From Candidatus Woesearchaeota archaeon (GTDB lineage Archaea; Nanobdellota; Nanobdellia; Woesearchaeales; JACJVW01), in the NCBI GenBank assembly GCA_046496745.1, contig JAWOGQ010000093.1, forward strand, positions 1-53,881: DNA of 53,881 bases, read 5' to 3'. Shown in pieces: positions 18,001 through 26,651 of the stretch. The translations under genes and the position numbers were made by a program. Numbering within the stretch: position 1 is the first letter of the stretch; each line of letters opens with the position of its first letter. The notes beneath the pieces are model-generated. The model saw only the letters and a program-made list of their open reading frames with translations. It did not search any database and was not told where the DNA came from.

Positions 18001-18509
18001 ATCCCTGCTATCTCTTCTACAAGCTTTCTTTTCTCCTGGCTGGAGAGTTCTACGAATTTAGTGATGTCTCCCTGGAGGACTATGTTATAGCCATCGGGGT
18101 TAATCTTTGCTATGGCAAGGGTATCAAGGACCTGGGTCCTTGTACGGGTCTTGTCATTGATCTTGTATTTCGAGGAACCGCTCTGCTGAACAATACGGGT
18201 TATCTTCACTACCTTCTCATCAGATGGAAATGTATTGTTAGAATTATCAAAGTATATGCTTACTTTTCCTTCCTTTGCGGGCTTGTTTGTCTTTCCACCA
18301 TTATAGACAAGATTTGATGATTTCTCTGCGCGCAGACCTTTAGCAGAGGATTTTCCAAGGACAAAACAGAGAGCATCCAGAACATTTGATTTGCCTGACC
18401 CATTAGGACCAAGAATACAATTGAACTGGTCATCAAATATGACCTCTGTCCTCTTTGCAAATGACTTAAAGCCCTGCATCACTATTTTATTTATCTTGGT
18501 CATGCCCAA
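15006..18509 (-). CDS. smc: SMC chromosome segregation ATPase
   Basis: 1167 aa. Walker A GPNGSGKSN, long coiled coils, a hinge (GIYGTVAELG), signature LSGGEKT and Walker B FYILDEVDAALD. Confidence 0.95.
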   Translation of the reverse strand: MGMTKINKIVMQGFKSFAKRTEVIFDDQFNCILGPNGSGKSNVLDALCFVLGKSSAKGLRAEKSSNLVYNGGKTNKPAKEGKVSIYFDNSNNTFPSDEKVVKITRIVQQSGSSKYKINDKTRTRTQVLDTLAIAKINPDGYNIVLQGDITKFVELSSQEKRKLVEEIAGISIFDDKKDKAMKELDKVDNKLGEAEIVLKERHSYLKDLKTERDQALKYKELNDKIKRNKASYLKIQINRKEDERKENQEKLDKEKQAFQELQDKIAASKKDIDTRRGEIEQISKQVEEKGETKQVSMQKEIEQLRIDIATAKTKITSHETEIGRIKERKTNLAENLKDIKEKIKEQQDQLKTLEERRKRRDEDRKETEKKIEDFRKKHNLDNDTAEMDTHIDKLDSQADEIQSEIQKLREKQQELFRQQDKIEFQMSSIDEQIQKVKEIEKEHKKELDDLKNKRDRFKKITLELNKKLDQNSRLAAEIGDSESKLHKAREELSKLEARNASIKEKVSGNIAVQKILEQKKRIQGIYGTVAELGNVSSKYSLALEVAAGPRVKSIVVKDDSVAAKCINYLKQNRLGTAGFIPLNKIKGQDENAGTYAKANGSHGRAIDLIKFDPKFKKAFSYVFGNTIVVDSVDVARRIGVGSIRMVTLSGDIVETSGLMQGGYRTQQKSGAAFQEQELSQSIEEYESMVAELDSSISSKRSRKAENEEEISKLRDEKANLEGEIIKVEKGLHLKSDDLDANLKYKEDLQKQAKDLEEQADDLTAQISTKNKQLAQIKVDRQKTKERLNELRNPRLLAELNSFEEQKNNLNQEIMKLDSEITAINTKINDVLGRDKENTEKVIQEIEKEKAGYETQVKELKNSINDKDKELKEKEKKLNEFYKQFKDLFAKRTKLNDEIVAIEKTLALSEEKARNHEYRINAISLDDSKIGAHLSTLYEEFAEFQDVEVDLNRSEEELKKEVKDLERSRDKIGSVNLRALDIYESVEKEYHSLVEKKEKLLSEKNDVISLMDEIEGKKKSRFMETFRKVNDHFSTIFEKLSSKGEAYLEIEDEENPFESGMIVRVKLSGSKYMDLRSLSGGEKTLTALAFIFSIQECEPATFYILDEVDAALDKRNAEKLAQLIHQYSENAQYVIISHNDAVITEASTLYGVSMDQQSGISKIVSLKV

Positions 18510-18529
18510 GTCATCAGGGTTGAGAATAG

Positions 18530-18548
18530 TTTATAAAGTTTTTTGTTG
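18530..18548 (-). promoter_or_regulatory. BRE/TATA promoter of smc
   Basis: Minus strand CAACAAAAAACTTTATAAA. The TATA centre is ~24 nt from the smc ATG at 18509. The same 19-mer occurs at 35981-35999. Confidence 0.55.
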
Positions 18549-18605
18549 GGAGCAGGTTCACTCTCCCTTCAGACCTAAACTTTTTTATAGTCTTATCCTA
18601 TCTAG

Positions 18606-19055
18606 ATGCTTATGAAGAAACGACGGAAACCAATGCTGAGCTCGATTGCCGCCCGACGAAGTATTGCTTTCCTGATTGATATCATTCTCCTGGACATAGT
18701 CGTGATGCGTCCATTCCATATTCTCCTTATAAATGTATTACCATCAACAAGTTTTCGAGAGATAATGGATGCAAACATGCCTGTCCTTTATGTAACGTTA
18801 TTCTTCTGGACCATTTTTGCACTTGCTTATTTCATATTGCTGGAATACGCAATAGGACAGACCATAGGAAAGATACTCTTTGACCTGAAGGTCAAATCAG
18901 AGAAAGGAGAGATAGGTTTCTTCCAGGCGATAGTCAGAAACCTTGTCCTTATCCCTTTCTTTCCCTTCACAATACTATGGATCCTGGATCCTGTGCTGAT
19001 GGTATGGAAGGGCAAAAGAGGAAGCGAATATTTAAGTAAGACATATACCAGGTGA
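18606..19055 (+). CDS. RDD-family membrane protein
   Basis: 149 aa. N-terminal R..D..D pattern (ARRSIAFLIDIILLDIVV), three hydrophobic helices and a C-terminal W.GKRG motif. Confidence 0.6.
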   Translation: MLMKKRRKPMLSSIAARRSIAFLIDIILLDIVVMRPFHILLINVLPSTSFREIMDANMPVLYVTLFFWTIFALAYFILLEYAIGQTIGKILFDLKVKSEKGEIGFFQAIVRNLVLIPFFPFTILWILDPVLMVWKGKRGSEYLSKTYTR

Positions 19056-19060
19056 AAATT

Positions 19061-19963
19061 ATGAAAAACAGATGGATCATTGTTGTGTTGGTTTTGTTTG
19101 TGCTGGGTTTTTTCAGCATAATTGCTGCAAGTATACTGGGGCTTATGCTTAGTGCTGGACCAGGTGCTATTGGAGGGAATGTTGCACTCATACCAATAAA
19201 AGGAGAGATTGTCTCTGAGAAAGTATCATCTTTCGGAAGCAATTCAATCAGTTCGCCAGAAATAGTGGATATGATAGATGAAGCAAGTGAAGATGAGAGC
19301 CTGAAGGCTATTGTGCTGGAGATAAATTCACCCGGCGGGAGTCCTGTGGCTTCTGATGAGATAACTGAGGCAATAAAGAATGCGAACAAGACAACGATCG
19401 CATGGATCCGTGAATTAGGAGCCTCTGGGGGGTATTACATCGCGAGCGGGTGTGATAAGATAATTGCTCATCCAATGGCATTGACAGGCTCAATAGGAGT
19501 GGTTGGTTCATATCTTGAGTTTGCAGGATTCCTGCAGGACTATAATGTGACTTATAGAAGGCTTGTTGCAGGAGAATACAAGGATATGGGATCCCCTTTC
19601 AAGGAGATGACAGAAGAAGAGAAAGAGCGATACCAGCATCTGCTTGATACAATCCATGATATTTTCATTGAAGAGGTGGCAACAAACAGGAACCTTTCAA
19701 GAGAGAATGTTGAAGAGATAGCCACAGGAGAGGTATTGCTCGGGGTAGATGCGAAGGATAAAGGTCTTGTTGATGTTTTGGGAAGTGAGGATGAAGTCAG
19801 AGGAATACTTGAGAAAGAGCTCAATGAGACTATAAGCTTCAGGAGATACCAGCAAAAGATGACTTTCCTTGAGGCATTGAGTGCTGCAACAAGCAGCAAT
19901 TCGTACTGGATCGGAAAAGGCATCGGAAGCACTTTCACCCAGAAGGGAATCAAGCTACAATGA
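19061..19963 (+). CDS. sppA: Signal peptide peptidase SppA (S49, 36K type)
   Basis: N-terminal TM, then LEINSPGGSPVASDE and GASGGYYIASGCDKIIAHPMALTGSIGV. I chose the ATG at 19061 because AGGTGA lies 5 nt upstream. Confidence 0.85.
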   Translation: MKNRWIIVVLVLFVLGFFSIIAASILGLMLSAGPGAIGGNVALIPIKGEIVSEKVSSFGSNSISSPEIVDMIDEASEDESLKAIVLEINSPGGSPVASDEITEAIKNANKTTIAWIRELGASGGYYIASGCDKIIAHPMALTGSIGVVGSYLEFAGFLQDYNVTYRRLVAGEYKDMGSPFKEMTEEEKERYQHLLDTIHDIFIEEVATNRNLSRENVEEIATGEVLLGVDAKDKGLVDVLGSEDEVRGILEKELNETISFRRYQQKMTFLEALSAATSSNSYWIGKGIGSTFTQKGIKLQ

Positions 19964-22962
19964 GAAGATTACTTTTATTCATTGTTCTTAGTCTAACCTG
20001 TCTTGCGCTAGAGGAGAGTGTGCCGCTTATCAATGGACCAGATGTATGGGAGATTGGATATACAGGCAAGGGAACGTCTGTATGTGTAATCGATACTGGT
20101 ATAGATGATCACCCTGACCTTGAGGGGAGGATCATAGCTGAGAAGTGCTTTTGCAAGAATGATTGCTGCCCTAACGGCAATTCCACAGATGATAATGCAA
20201 CAGATGGGAATGGCCATGGAACCCATGTGATAGGGACTGTTGCTGCTAATGGAAGCATAAAAGGTGTTGCTCCAGAAACAAAGATTGTTGCAATCAAGGC
20301 TCTTGATGATGGAGGGCATGGGTTTGAGAGCGATATAATAGAAGGGATCGATTGGTGTATTGAGAATAAGGAAAAGTATAACATATCTGTTATATCCCTT
20401 AGTCTTGGGATTAATGGCACTTATGGAGGGTTCTGCAACAGTACTCCTTTACCAAGATTTGCAAATGATGCTTATTCCCAGGGGCTTTTTGTTGTTGCAG
20501 CATCAGGCAACGCCGGGATTAATAATGGCATGTCTTCTCCTGCCTGCGCACGTGATGTGGTCTCAGTTGGAGCTACTTACGATGAGAGCAGGAATGGACC
20601 TTTTGAGTACGACACCTGCACGGATGCAAATGGTGAAATTGATAACCTTACTTGCTTTACGAATATTGACGGTTCTTTGACTATAGAGAATGAGACCAGC
20701 CCTTTTTTTCCAGATCTTCTTGCGCCTGGTGCTTATACCAACTCACCCTTCCTTTCAGGAGGCTATGCTGAAAAGGCTGGCACTTCCATGGCTACTCCGC
20801 ATGTTGCAGGGGCGGCAGCTGTGCTGGTAGAGGCGTTCAATGACATGTACAACAGGACTCCCACTCCCTCTGAACTGAAAGATGCATTATCATATACTCC
20901 TGTGCTTATAAGATCAGAAAGGACAAGCAGCTGGAATAATCCGGATGTGAGCTTTAAGAGGATCGACCTACTTTCTGCACTTCAATCTATCGATAATGAA
21001 AGGCCTGTCGTAAATATTACCGCAGGTCCTGATAATGAAACCTTGAGATCGCATGCCTTCACAATCAATGCAACAGTATGGGACAGGCTTAATAAAATCA
21101 AAGAATGCTGGATTCATACCAACAATTCAGAAAACATAAGCATGAACCTTGCCAATGAGACCTGTTCTACTGATTGGTCTCTTGTGGGGTCTGGAAGATT
21201 TTTCTATGAGGTCCATGCAAAAGACGGGAACAATAACACCGGAACAAGTGAAAGAAGGATACTCACAATAAACAATACACCCCCTGTTATCCTGAACAGG
21301 AGCAAACAGAATGTAAGCCTCATGGAAACTGAAAACATCACTCTCTGGGTCAATTTCTCTGATGAGAACACACTCAATGTGAGCTGGTTTGTTGATTCAA
21401 GATTAAAAGAGAGCAGCCTTACAAACAGTACTCACAGCAATTATACTTTCATTACAAACTATACCATGGAAGGGAGATATAATATAACAGCAGTTATAGA
21501 TGATGGAGGGTTCAGAACAGAAGCTTACTGGAACATAACAGTCAACCATACTAATGCCCCGCCCATGCAATCAAAAGAAGGTGAAATTTGGTGGTACATG
21601 AAGATTAATGGAAGCAATGCAACTGAAGTGAACCTTTCTGAGTTTTTCTATGATATTGATAAAGATATACTTTCATATTCAGTTGATGCTAATCTTACGG
21701 CAAGTGTCAATAAAAGCATGCTTTACCTTAATACACAAATTAACTGGACCGGGAACGGAAGCTTTACCATAAATGCAAGTGATGGTACTGATGATATCAC
21801 CTCAAATTTCTCATTTGCAGTATATGATGATTATGACAATGATGGATATCTTCCGCCTGAACTTGGGGGGGATGACTGTAATGACATGAATGCCTCAATC
21901 AATCCAGGAGCGAAAGATATATGCGGAAACGGGATAGATGAGGATTGTTCAGGCCATGACCTGGCTTGTCCTGAAGAACCAAGCAGTAGCGGAGGAAGCA
22001 GTGGAGGAAGCAGCAGCGGTGGAGGGGGTTTTGCAAGGGTGGATCATTACAGGCGTTATTTTCCGCAGATAAGAGCCTATGTGATGTATAGCGGTTCAGT
22101 CTATACTGGCATACCTGTTGAATCTTATGCCTTCAAAAGCAGGCAGGCTGAGAAAGATATAAGCCTTGAGATAAAGGAAATTAAAAAAGAGAACCTCAAT
22201 GGTACGCTTCCTGATGCATATACTTTCTTTTCGGTAGAGCATGAAATGGAATCAATGGTGATTGGTATTATCACCGTAAGGGTAAATAAGAGCTTTACAG
22301 AAAGATATGACCAGGTAAAGGGCTACAAACAAGAGGGTGTCAACTGGAAACAAGTCCAGCTGGATGAGGTTGCATCAGATAACGAAACCAGAACCTATAA
22401 TATAACAACTGTTAGTTTTTCAACTTTTGCGATCGCAGGAGATTATGAAGAAGTCCAGATCAATACTACAAAAAATGTTACGCAGAACCAGACAGAGAAT
22501 GAAACTGATAGAAATAATACTGTCGAAACAGTTGAACCTGGGATAGAACAAGCTGAGGAAATACCAATAAGGCGTGATGAGAGACTTTATTTTTTCTTCA
22601 AGCACCTGACAGAAGCTTTTGTCATCAGTTTTTTTTCTACTGTTATCATTGTCCTTTTCATATTCAGGAGGGGAGGGCATCTTTCATATGTCAAGGCACT
22701 TGAGCATGAACTTGCCATGCATATTTTCCACGGGCATGATGAGAAGAAGATAATCGAGCATTACCATAAGAAAGGTTATGATAAAGAACACCTCAGCAAA
22801 AGAATAGAGAACGCCCGTCATATCGCCAAAAACAAGCATCTGGAAAACCATATCCTGAAAAGGCTACAACAAGGGCATCGTAAGATTCTTATCAGGAATG
22901 AGCTTCTGAAAAGAGGGTATGATGATAAAGACATTAATAGGCATCTAAGAAAAGTCAATTGA
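19960..22962 (+). CDS. Multidomain subtilisin-like (S8) serine protease with sequon-rich Ig-like repeats, MopE-type motif, PGF-pre-PGF-like domain, TM helix and cytoplasmic repeat tail
   Basis: Signal peptide MRRLLLFIVLSLTCLA. Catalytic triad contexts VCVIDTGID, GHGTHVIGTVAA and GTSMATPHVAGAAA. DNDGY..DCNDMNASINPGAKDICGNGIDEDC, a GGSSGGSSSGGGG linker, and ..VRVNKSF..WKQVQL..VSFSTFAIAGD. TM helix FVISFFSTVIIVLFIF, then a ~100-aa basic tail. The ATG overlaps the sppA stop (ATGA). Confidence 0.9.
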   Translation: MRRLLLFIVLSLTCLALEESVPLINGPDVWEIGYTGKGTSVCVIDTGIDDHPDLEGRIIAEKCFCKNDCCPNGNSTDDNATDGNGHGTHVIGTVAANGSIKGVAPETKIVAIKALDDGGHGFESDIIEGIDWCIENKEKYNISVISLSLGINGTYGGFCNSTPLPRFANDAYSQGLFVVAASGNAGINNGMSSPACARDVVSVGATYDESRNGPFEYDTCTDANGEIDNLTCFTNIDGSLTIENETSPFFPDLLAPGAYTNSPFLSGGYAEKAGTSMATPHVAGAAAVLVEAFNDMYNRTPTPSELKDALSYTPVLIRSERTSSWNNPDVSFKRIDLLSALQSIDNERPVVNITAGPDNETLRSHAFTINATVWDRLNKIKECWIHTNNSENISMNLANETCSTDWSLVGSGRFFYEVHAKDGNNNTGTSERRILTINNTPPVILNRSKQNVSLMETENITLWVNFSDENTLNVSWFVDSRLKESSLTNSTHSNYTFITNYTMEGRYNITAVIDDGGFRTEAYWNITVNHTNAPPMQSKEGEIWWYMKINGSNATEVNLSEFFYDIDKDILSYSVDANLTASVNKSMLYLNTQINWTGNGSFTINASDGTDDITSNFSFAVYDDYDNDGYLPPELGGDDCNDMNASINPGAKDICGNGIDEDCSGHDLACPEEPSSSGGSSGGSSSGGGGFARVDHYRRYFPQIRAYVMYSGSVYTGIPVESYAFKSRQAEKDISLEIKEIKKENLNGTLPDAYTFFSVEHEMESMVIGIITVRVNKSFTERYDQVKGYKQEGVNWKQVQLDEVASDNETRTYNITTVSFSTFAIAGDYEEVQINTTKNVTQNQTENETDRNNTVETVEPGIEQAEEIPIRRDERLYFFFKHLTEAFVISFFSTVIIVLFIFRRGGHLSYVKALEHELAMHIFHGHDEKKIIEHYHKKGYDKEHLSKRIENARHIAKNKHLENHILKRLQQGHRKILIRNELLKRGYDDKDINRHLRKVN

Positions 22963-24133
22963 TAAGAAAGACTTTATCCCTTGGTCTTACTGTAAAATCT
23001 GTCCTTAAGGCTATGCGTTCGCCTTTTTCTGCCTTTTCAACAGGCTTATGATTCTTCTGAAGAGATTCTACAGTCTGTTCCTTGACTCCTGTTGTCTTTC
23101 CCTGGAACATGATCCTTTCACCAAGCTGCAGAGGGTTTGTCTCTAGTGTGAATTCAGCAACACCAATCTTTTGATAGTATTTCTTCACTTCACCAAGATA
23201 GACTTTACGTGTGGTTGCCTGGGAACCGTAAGTGGTTGTCCAGTCTGCAGGCCTTCCAAAGAAGAATCCTGGGGAGAATCCCCTGTTAAATACTGTCCTG
23301 CATTCCTCAACAAGGGAATCTTTTAGTTCCGTGGTCAGAGTATTATCATGAAAGGCATCAATAGCTTTTCTGTATGCTGATGTGACTGTCTTCACGTATT
23401 CAGGGCTTCTGGCACGGCCCTCTATCTTCAGGCAGTCTATGCCAGTCTCTATGACTTCATCAATGAAGGGAAGGATGCAGAGATCCTGGGGAGAAAAAAT
23501 GTAGTGATTAGAGACTGATAACTCATGGCCTTCCTCCGGGTCTTTTACAATGTATGCTCTCCTGCATGGTTGCAGGCAATCACCGCGGTTTGCGGAGCGG
23601 TTGAACAGGAACTGGGAGAGGAAGCATCTGCCTGACACTGAAACACACATGGCTCCATGGGCAAACACTTCAAGCTCCAGGTCAGTCTCTTTTCTTATGC
23701 TGGAGATCTGCTCAAGGGTGCATTCCCTTGCTAATACAACTCTTTTAACACCCAGCTCCTTGTATGCGTTGCAGGCGGTACTGTTACTTACAGAGGCCTG
23801 GGTGGAAAGGATTACAGGGATACCTCTTTTCCTTGCCTCAGTTATTACTGCCATGTCCCAGCAGATGATGGCGTCAACTCTTACCATATCAAGAATCTCT
23901 TTGATTATTGGGATTTCCTTCTCATATATGATTGTATTAAGTGTCAGATATACCTTGACTGATCGTGAATGACAAAATTCAACTACTTTCGGAAGCTGTG
24001 TCCTTTCAAAATTCCTTGCAGTTGCGCGCATGTTAAGTTCTTTCAACCCGCAATAGACTGAATCTGCTCCAGCCTCTACTGCGGCCGTGAGGCTTGGCCA
24101 GTCTGATACAGGAGCCATGAGTTCTGGTTTCAT
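22955..24133 (-). CDS. Peptidase U32 family protein
   Basis: 392 aa. N-terminal PELMAPV.., VFAHGAMCVSVSGRCFLSQ and CLKIEGR are typical U32 blocks. Confidence 0.85.
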   Translation of the reverse strand: MKPELMAPVSDWPSLTAAVEAGADSVYCGLKELNMRATARNFERTQLPKVVEFCHSRSVKVYLTLNTIIYEKEIPIIKEILDMVRVDAIICWDMAVITEARKRGIPVILSTQASVSNSTACNAYKELGVKRVVLARECTLEQISSIRKETDLELEVFAHGAMCVSVSGRCFLSQFLFNRSANRGDCLQPCRRAYIVKDPEEGHELSVSNHYIFSPQDLCILPFIDEVIETGIDCLKIEGRARSPEYVKTVTSAYRKAIDAFHDNTLTTELKDSLVEECRTVFNRGFSPGFFFGRPADWTTTYGSQATTRKVYLGEVKKYYQKIGVAEFTLETNPLQLGERIMFQGKTTGVKEQTVESLQKNHKPVEKAEKGERIALRTDFTVRPRDKVFLIN

Positions 24134-24209
24134 GAGAGGGAAGGGATTAACAAGGTTTTAAATAACTTGAGGGAAAATATTTATATATTGGTATAGTTAA
24201 TTGTATATT

Positions 24210-25103
24210 ATGCACGTCCCAAAGAAGGTGGTACTCTTTTTTGAAGCAAGTGCTGTCGTTGCATTAATGATAAGCCTGGCAATATTCATATCCTCTTTCT
24301 TTATTGATATTCACCATCACGGGCTGGAAATAATAGAGGGAGGTGTTGTGACAGTATTTCTCATGGAAGTAGGTGTCCAGCTTGCACATACAGATGATAA
24401 AAAGAAATACCTTAAGCAGAACTGGTTCTATATCCTGACGATCCTCCCTTTAGTAGGGATATTCAAGGCATTGAGACTTGGAAAGGTTACTCAGTTTGTC
24501 AAGGCATTCCAACTATTCCAGCACACAAAGATCCTAAGGTCTGAGGCTATGGCTGCAAAGATGGGTTTCGGCCTGCTTTTCAGCAAAGAGGCCCTGAGCA
24601 TGATATACCACATAAGCCGGGCTGATTTCACAAGCGTGCCCCGGGTCCTGAAGACAGAATACATGGACATGATCATATCAAAGGATGCTTCAGAGGAAGC
24701 GATTAAAGGCATCAAGAAAGGGATAAGAGATTTCTTCAAAGAAGAGAAAAAAAAGGTTGTATTCCGTGAGAGATACGTGGAAAATGTACCTACTGATCTC
24801 TCGATTCAGAGAAAGAGATGGACACTTTTTGTAACCAATGATGATGTGATGGGTTTTAGCATGATGAGCGGGAAAACAGGATTACTCAGTGCCCGGCTTC
24901 AGTATGAAACAGATTACAAGCACATCCCTTTTAAAGAGATGGAAAAGATAAGAGGTTATAATGTGGGATTCAATGCCTTTGCAAGAAGACCTTGCTTTTG
25001 CAGGACCTGCATCCACAAGAAATTAAATCAAAAAAGACTGGATATCTATAGTTTTCTTACTCATGTGCACCAAAGAGTGCCCAGGTGTGACCTCCATAAC
25101 TAG
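24210..25103 (+). CDS. Membrane protein with a voltage-sensor-like N-terminal domain and a Cys/His-rich C-terminus
   Basis: 297 aa from the ATG at 24210, with ATATTTATATAT ~25 nt upstream. It has three to four helices, including an S4-like amphipathic basic helix (FKALRLGKVTQFVKAFQLFQHTKILR) preceded by YLKQNWFYILTILP. No pore/selectivity segment follows. The tail is RRPCFCRTCIHKK..HVHQRVPRCDLH. Confidence 0.55.
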   Translation: MHVPKKVVLFFEASAVVALMISLAIFISSFFIDIHHHGLEIIEGGVVTVFLMEVGVQLAHTDDKKKYLKQNWFYILTILPLVGIFKALRLGKVTQFVKAFQLFQHTKILRSEAMAAKMGFGLLFSKEALSMIYHISRADFTSVPRVLKTEYMDMIISKDASEEAIKGIKKGIRDFFKEEKKKVVFRERYVENVPTDLSIQRKRWTLFVTNDDVMGFSMMSGKTGLLSARLQYETDYKHIPFKEMEKIRGYNVGFNAFARRPCFCRTCIHKKLNQKRLDIYSFLTHVHQRVPRCDLHN

Positions 25104-25390
25104 AAAGTCAGGTTAAACTTGAGCACCGGATTTTTCTTGTGTTCTACAAGATCCATCAATTCGCTGAATTTCTTTCCAGCATACTCTTCCTGGTGGAACT
25201 CATCCAGCTCAAAAACGCTCTCAGGCATTCCAGCTTCAATAGCTATGTCTTTGGGAAGATCAATTGTGAGCTTCGCTTTCCAGCTATGCTCCTCATTATC
25301 CTTTGCAATTGGACAATCAAGTACTATGCTGTCTGACGAGATGCTCTTAACCTCCATCAGATCAATATGACTTGTGTCGAATGTATCCAT
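25100..25390 (-). CDS. Small acidic hypothetical protein
   Basis: 96-aa ORF, divergent from the filament-like locus. No recognisable motif. Confidence 0.45.
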   Translation of the reverse strand: MDTFDTSHIDLMEVKSISSDSIVLDCPIAKDNEEHSWKAKLTIDLPKDIAIEAGMPESVFELDEFHQEEYAGKKFSELMDLVEHKKNPVLKFNLTF

Positions 25391-25484
25391 TATATCACCT
25401 CTCCAAAAAAAGCAATTGTCTCCTTTTAAGTTTTTCTCATGATGGGGCTAGAAAGATTTTTAAATAAGTGAATCCATACATGAA

Positions 25485-26651
25485 ATGAATCTTATGAGTG
25501 ATAAAAGGGTAATTGAGACAGGGATCGATAAGCTGCTCTCAATAATCAAGGAAAAAAAGAGGATCACTGTAGAGGATGCAGCGAAAGCGTTAGGTGTATC
25601 TCCCACCATGACTGAAGAGTGGGGCGATTTCTTAGAAGATGAAGGATATATCAGAAAGGAGCATAAACTTACCAAGGTATATTTTGTCCTGAAGGATATC
25701 GATTTCAGTAAACTTGTTGAAAAGGCTGATGAGATAGACCAGAAGAAAGACGGCTTTGCAAACAAGGCAGAAGTCGGCCTGCAAAAGATCAAGAAGGACA
25801 GTGCCATACTCCAGGATTTCAAAGAGCAATTCGAAAAACTAAAATCAGATATATCCAAGGAATTCAAGGCCATGAAGGTCGATATAAGCGAGCTTGAGAG
25901 ATACGAGAATTTCAAGGAAGAAGTCGAGAAAAAGCTTCGCAAGTATGATTCCCAATTCTCAAAAAAGTTTGACTCAATCAGCAATGATATCATATCACGA
26001 AAGAAGGAATATGAGAAGCTCACTGAATCAGTAGATAAGGAAAAAGAAAGAATCGAATCAGAGAGGAGCAAGATAGATGGATTCCAGAAACAGAGCAATG
26101 AGATCAAGCAGAACCTCAACCAGCTTTTCAAGGAATTCAAGGAGATCAATAAAGGTATACAGGATTCAGAATCAAAGATATCAAAATCGCGGAAATCAAT
26201 GCAAAATGACCTGCAGGAAGCTGATAAGATAGGGGAAGAGATCAGTAAGAAGAACCAGGAACTCAAGAACCTGATTGAAGAGAATAATGCAAAGAAGAAA
26301 CAGGTTGAATCAGAACACAAGGAGATCCTGGATAGTATCTCCAAAAAGACCGGTTCAATCGAAAAGAAAAGCAAGAATTTCAAAGAAGACCGGTTCAAGG
26401 AATTCTTCAATAGGAAAAGGCAGATTGAAAAGCTTATCAAGGATGTCGAGAATGAACAAAAGCTCGTCGAGACAGAACTTGTCGACCTGATCAAGAAATC
26501 CCGGGCATTCAAGGCAAGCCTCAAATCAAAGAATATTGAGAAACAGATTAAAGAGATAGAGCAAAGGCTGAAATCTGCAAACGATAAGATGCAGGCCTAT
26601 GACGAAAAGATAAAAGAGATTGCTGGAACAAGCAAGAAACGTTGGTTCTGA
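25485..26651 (+). CDS. wHTH-like N-terminal domain plus ~300-aa coiled-coil protein
   Basis: N-terminus IETGIDKLLSIIKEKKRITVEDAAKALGVSPTMTEEWGDFLEDEGYIRKE looks like a winged helix. The rest is K/E-rich heptad sequence. Its stop overlaps the next ATG (TGATG, 26649-26653). TTTTAAATAAG lies ~22 nt upstream, and an alternative ATG is at 25494. Confidence 0.75.
   Translation: MNLMSDKRVIETGIDKLLSIIKEKKRITVEDAAKALGVSPTMTEEWGDFLEDEGYIRKEHKLTKVYFVLKDIDFSKLVEKADEIDQKKDGFANKAEVGLQKIKKDSAILQDFKEQFEKLKSDISKEFKAMKVDISELERYENFKEEVEKKLRKYDSQFSKKFDSISNDIISRKKEYEKLTESVDKEKERIESERSKIDGFQKQSNEIKQNLNQLFKEFKEINKGIQDSESKISKSRKSMQNDLQEADKIGEEISKKNQELKNLIEENNAKKKQVESEHKEILDSISKKTGSIEKKSKNFKEDRFKEFFNRKRQIEKLIKDVENEQKLVETELVDLIKKSRAFKASLKSKNIEKQIKEIEQRLKSANDKMQAYDEKIKEIAGTSKKRWF

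Noticed and set aside
15107-18460. About a dozen 60-137-aa ORFs on both strands within smc
   Set aside because: All lie inside the 1167-aa SMC frame, whose ATPase head motifs are intact. They are low-complexity shadows of coiled-coil codons.
25829-25839. TTCGAAAAACT, an 11-nt match to the right arm of the palindromic element, considered as a second copy
   Set aside because: It lies inside the K/E-rich coding sequence with no partner arm, so it is a chance match in A-rich DNA.
25460-26524. 354-aa minus-strand ORF opposite the coiled-coil gene
   Set aside because: The product is S/L/F-rich low complexity, the mirror image of K/E/AAG-GAA-rich coiled-coil codons. The plus-strand frame has a wHTH-like N-terminus, promoter geometry and stop/start coupling to the ATPase. 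This is an antisense shadow ORF.
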